Part shown: in pieces, positions 62,211 to 64,000 of the stretch
How the letters are laid out: each line of letters begins with the position of its first letter
Position numbering within the stretch: position 1 is the first letter of the stretch
Source of the DNA: Antedon mediterranea
Taxonomy: Eukaryota > Animalia > Echinodermata
Length of the DNA stretch: 64,000 nucleotides
Assembly: GCF_964355755.1 (NCBI RefSeq)
Contig: NC_092675.1
Coordinates: 11,341,812 to 11,405,811, forward strand
Direction of reading: 5' to 3'
Notes under the pieces: generated by a model
Database searches by the model: none
What the model was told of the DNA's origin: nothing
Seen by the model: only the letters and a program-made list of their open reading frames with translations
Made by a program: the position numbers and the translations under genes

Positions 62211-64000
62211 CTTGTCTATTACTGTATTATTATTCACAAGAAGTAGACAACGATGAGTATCTAGATCAGGATTAGGGCCTACACGTTGTAGCTACACTAC
62301 ACTTAAGATTAGCCTGGATTATAGTCACGTGATATGCAAATCAAATTGTTTCAAACTTGTCTCCATTAATTCATGTAAAGTATAGGAGCAACAAAATACT
62401 TTCATGTTTTTCTTATATTTAAACAAATGTAATTACACATTAATTTACAGTGAAATATCGACGTGCACAGCGTACAGAAGTACTTGCGTCAAAGAATATT
62501 GCGCGCGCGTGCGCTAGTACATTATAACGTTCGATTGATTGATTTTGGAACAAAACATCCCATAACTACGTCCCATTTAATAACAATTATGTAATATTTT
62601 CAATTCATAGAGCATGCTTTGATGTCAAAATAAAATAATAAAGTTTCGTGGATATATTTGTTAATATACTGTTACTGAAAAGGGTATGAACAATTATTTA
62701 AATAATAAAGGCAAATTATTACAAATGAAATTATGAACAAGTCTACGAGTCTCTGAATGTTAATAACGTTGGCGGCGCAGTTTGTGTAAAAAACACACAG
62801 AAAGCCATTGTACTTAAAGAGAGGTGAATTTGTGTGTTTTTTGTATTGGTTCATACTTTGATGTATCCTAACTTCCATGTAGGCCCTAGCATTTATTTTT
62901 TTGTTATTATAAAATATATATATATATATTTTAACAAATCAATACCATTAATAAAATTAATTACTAAAATGAAAACGGAATCTAAGCGTTACTTCATAGA
63001 CAACAAAATCTAAAAATAGTGCATGAACTATAATAGGAAAACGCTATACAAAAGAGACGCGCGCGCCCTCATCGTGCGAATTCTTTGACACAAAAATGGC
63101 TTCTAATTTTCAATGTCGGCCATATAATCTACAGCGCCCGCCCTCATCATGACAACATAAACAATTTTAAATTCTTTTTCGGCAAAAAAAAGAAAAGGCT
63201 AGGCCTAGCCTAGGCCTAGAGCGTAGTAAATTGAGTAATATAAGTTCTGAGGTGTGTATATTTTGCTTCTTTTATCTAGGATAATTAATAAATATTCTAG
63301 GCCTAGGCGTAGGCCTATATATAGGCTAAGTAAGTACTACTGTAGCGTATGTAGTTTGCTGAGTTAAAAGAGAAAAGGTAAGGCTAAAGCCTAGCTAGGG
63401 CCTCTAGGCCTAGGCCTAGGCCTACTAGGCCTAAAAATGTGGACCTGGCCCTAGGCTCCTAGGCCTACTCTACCTAGCTTAGGTCCAGGGTAGATGTACC
63501 AGACCTCGGCAGGTTACAGGGGAATTCGTTATTTTTGGTGTATTTTTTAAAACCAGTGTTATGCGCGATTTGAACGATTTGCGCAATTTGAAATTGGGCA
63601 AAAAAAATCTTTGCGCAATTTGAATTGAAACATGTGTTTCAAATTGCGCAAGCAACGTATTAAATTGCGCAAGTAATCTGCAAATTGCGCAAGGTTTTTC
63701 GACAGATTGTGAAATCATGCACACCCATATTTTTATAGTAATTTCTAAGAATGATTCAAAATTAAAGATAAATATCGCATTTCCTTATTTTTGTAGTGCA
63801 AATATTGTTATAAGTTAGCATACCGTCGAAGAACCGACGAAGGAAAACGAAGCGGTGGTGTTCCACCAGGCGGGCGCGGCGCGGGCGGCCGGCTATAGCC
63901 TACTACTCTAGCCTAGCTAGGGTCTGGACTACTGATACTGACTAGGTTACATGGCCTAGCTTAAACTAATATTAAAAACTTAAAAAGTGAGTATTAAACA

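Noticed and set aside
63560-63728. TTGCGCAA repeat cluster ending CCCATA (possible IS3EU-like right end)
   Set aside because: No matching left terminus or TSD could be found.

Overview
This is AT-rich eukaryotic (animal) genomic DNA with GT-AG introns. A marine invertebrate such as an echinoderm is my guess, which is inference only. The single host gene is a 7-exon arylsulfatase B-like gene (+, 12422-60514, 497 aa when spliced); about 97% of its span is intron filled with young, deeply nested transposons. Upstream lies a nearly intact Academ (AcademX) DNA transposon (3833-11980) with one nonsense codon. Intron 2 contains a MULE-type MITE carrying a near full-length CR1-like LINE and a second, uninterrupted copy of that MITE. 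It also holds a non-autonomous Gypsy LTR element: its 5' LTR carries a Kolobok MITE, and its 3' LTR carries a long-TIR Merlin-like element that in turn carries a KolX-bearing Kolobok. Intron 5 holds an IS3EU-like > EnSpm-like > P-like > hAT-like nest. The least-expected signal is at micro scale: several classes of apparent excision scars (TA>TAGGC(C)TA, TA>TACAGTA, and 23-38 bp palindromes in 7-bp duplications), several of which can be tested against internal duplicate sequences. Superfamily calls rest on termini, TSD lengths and motifs read by eye; no searches were run.
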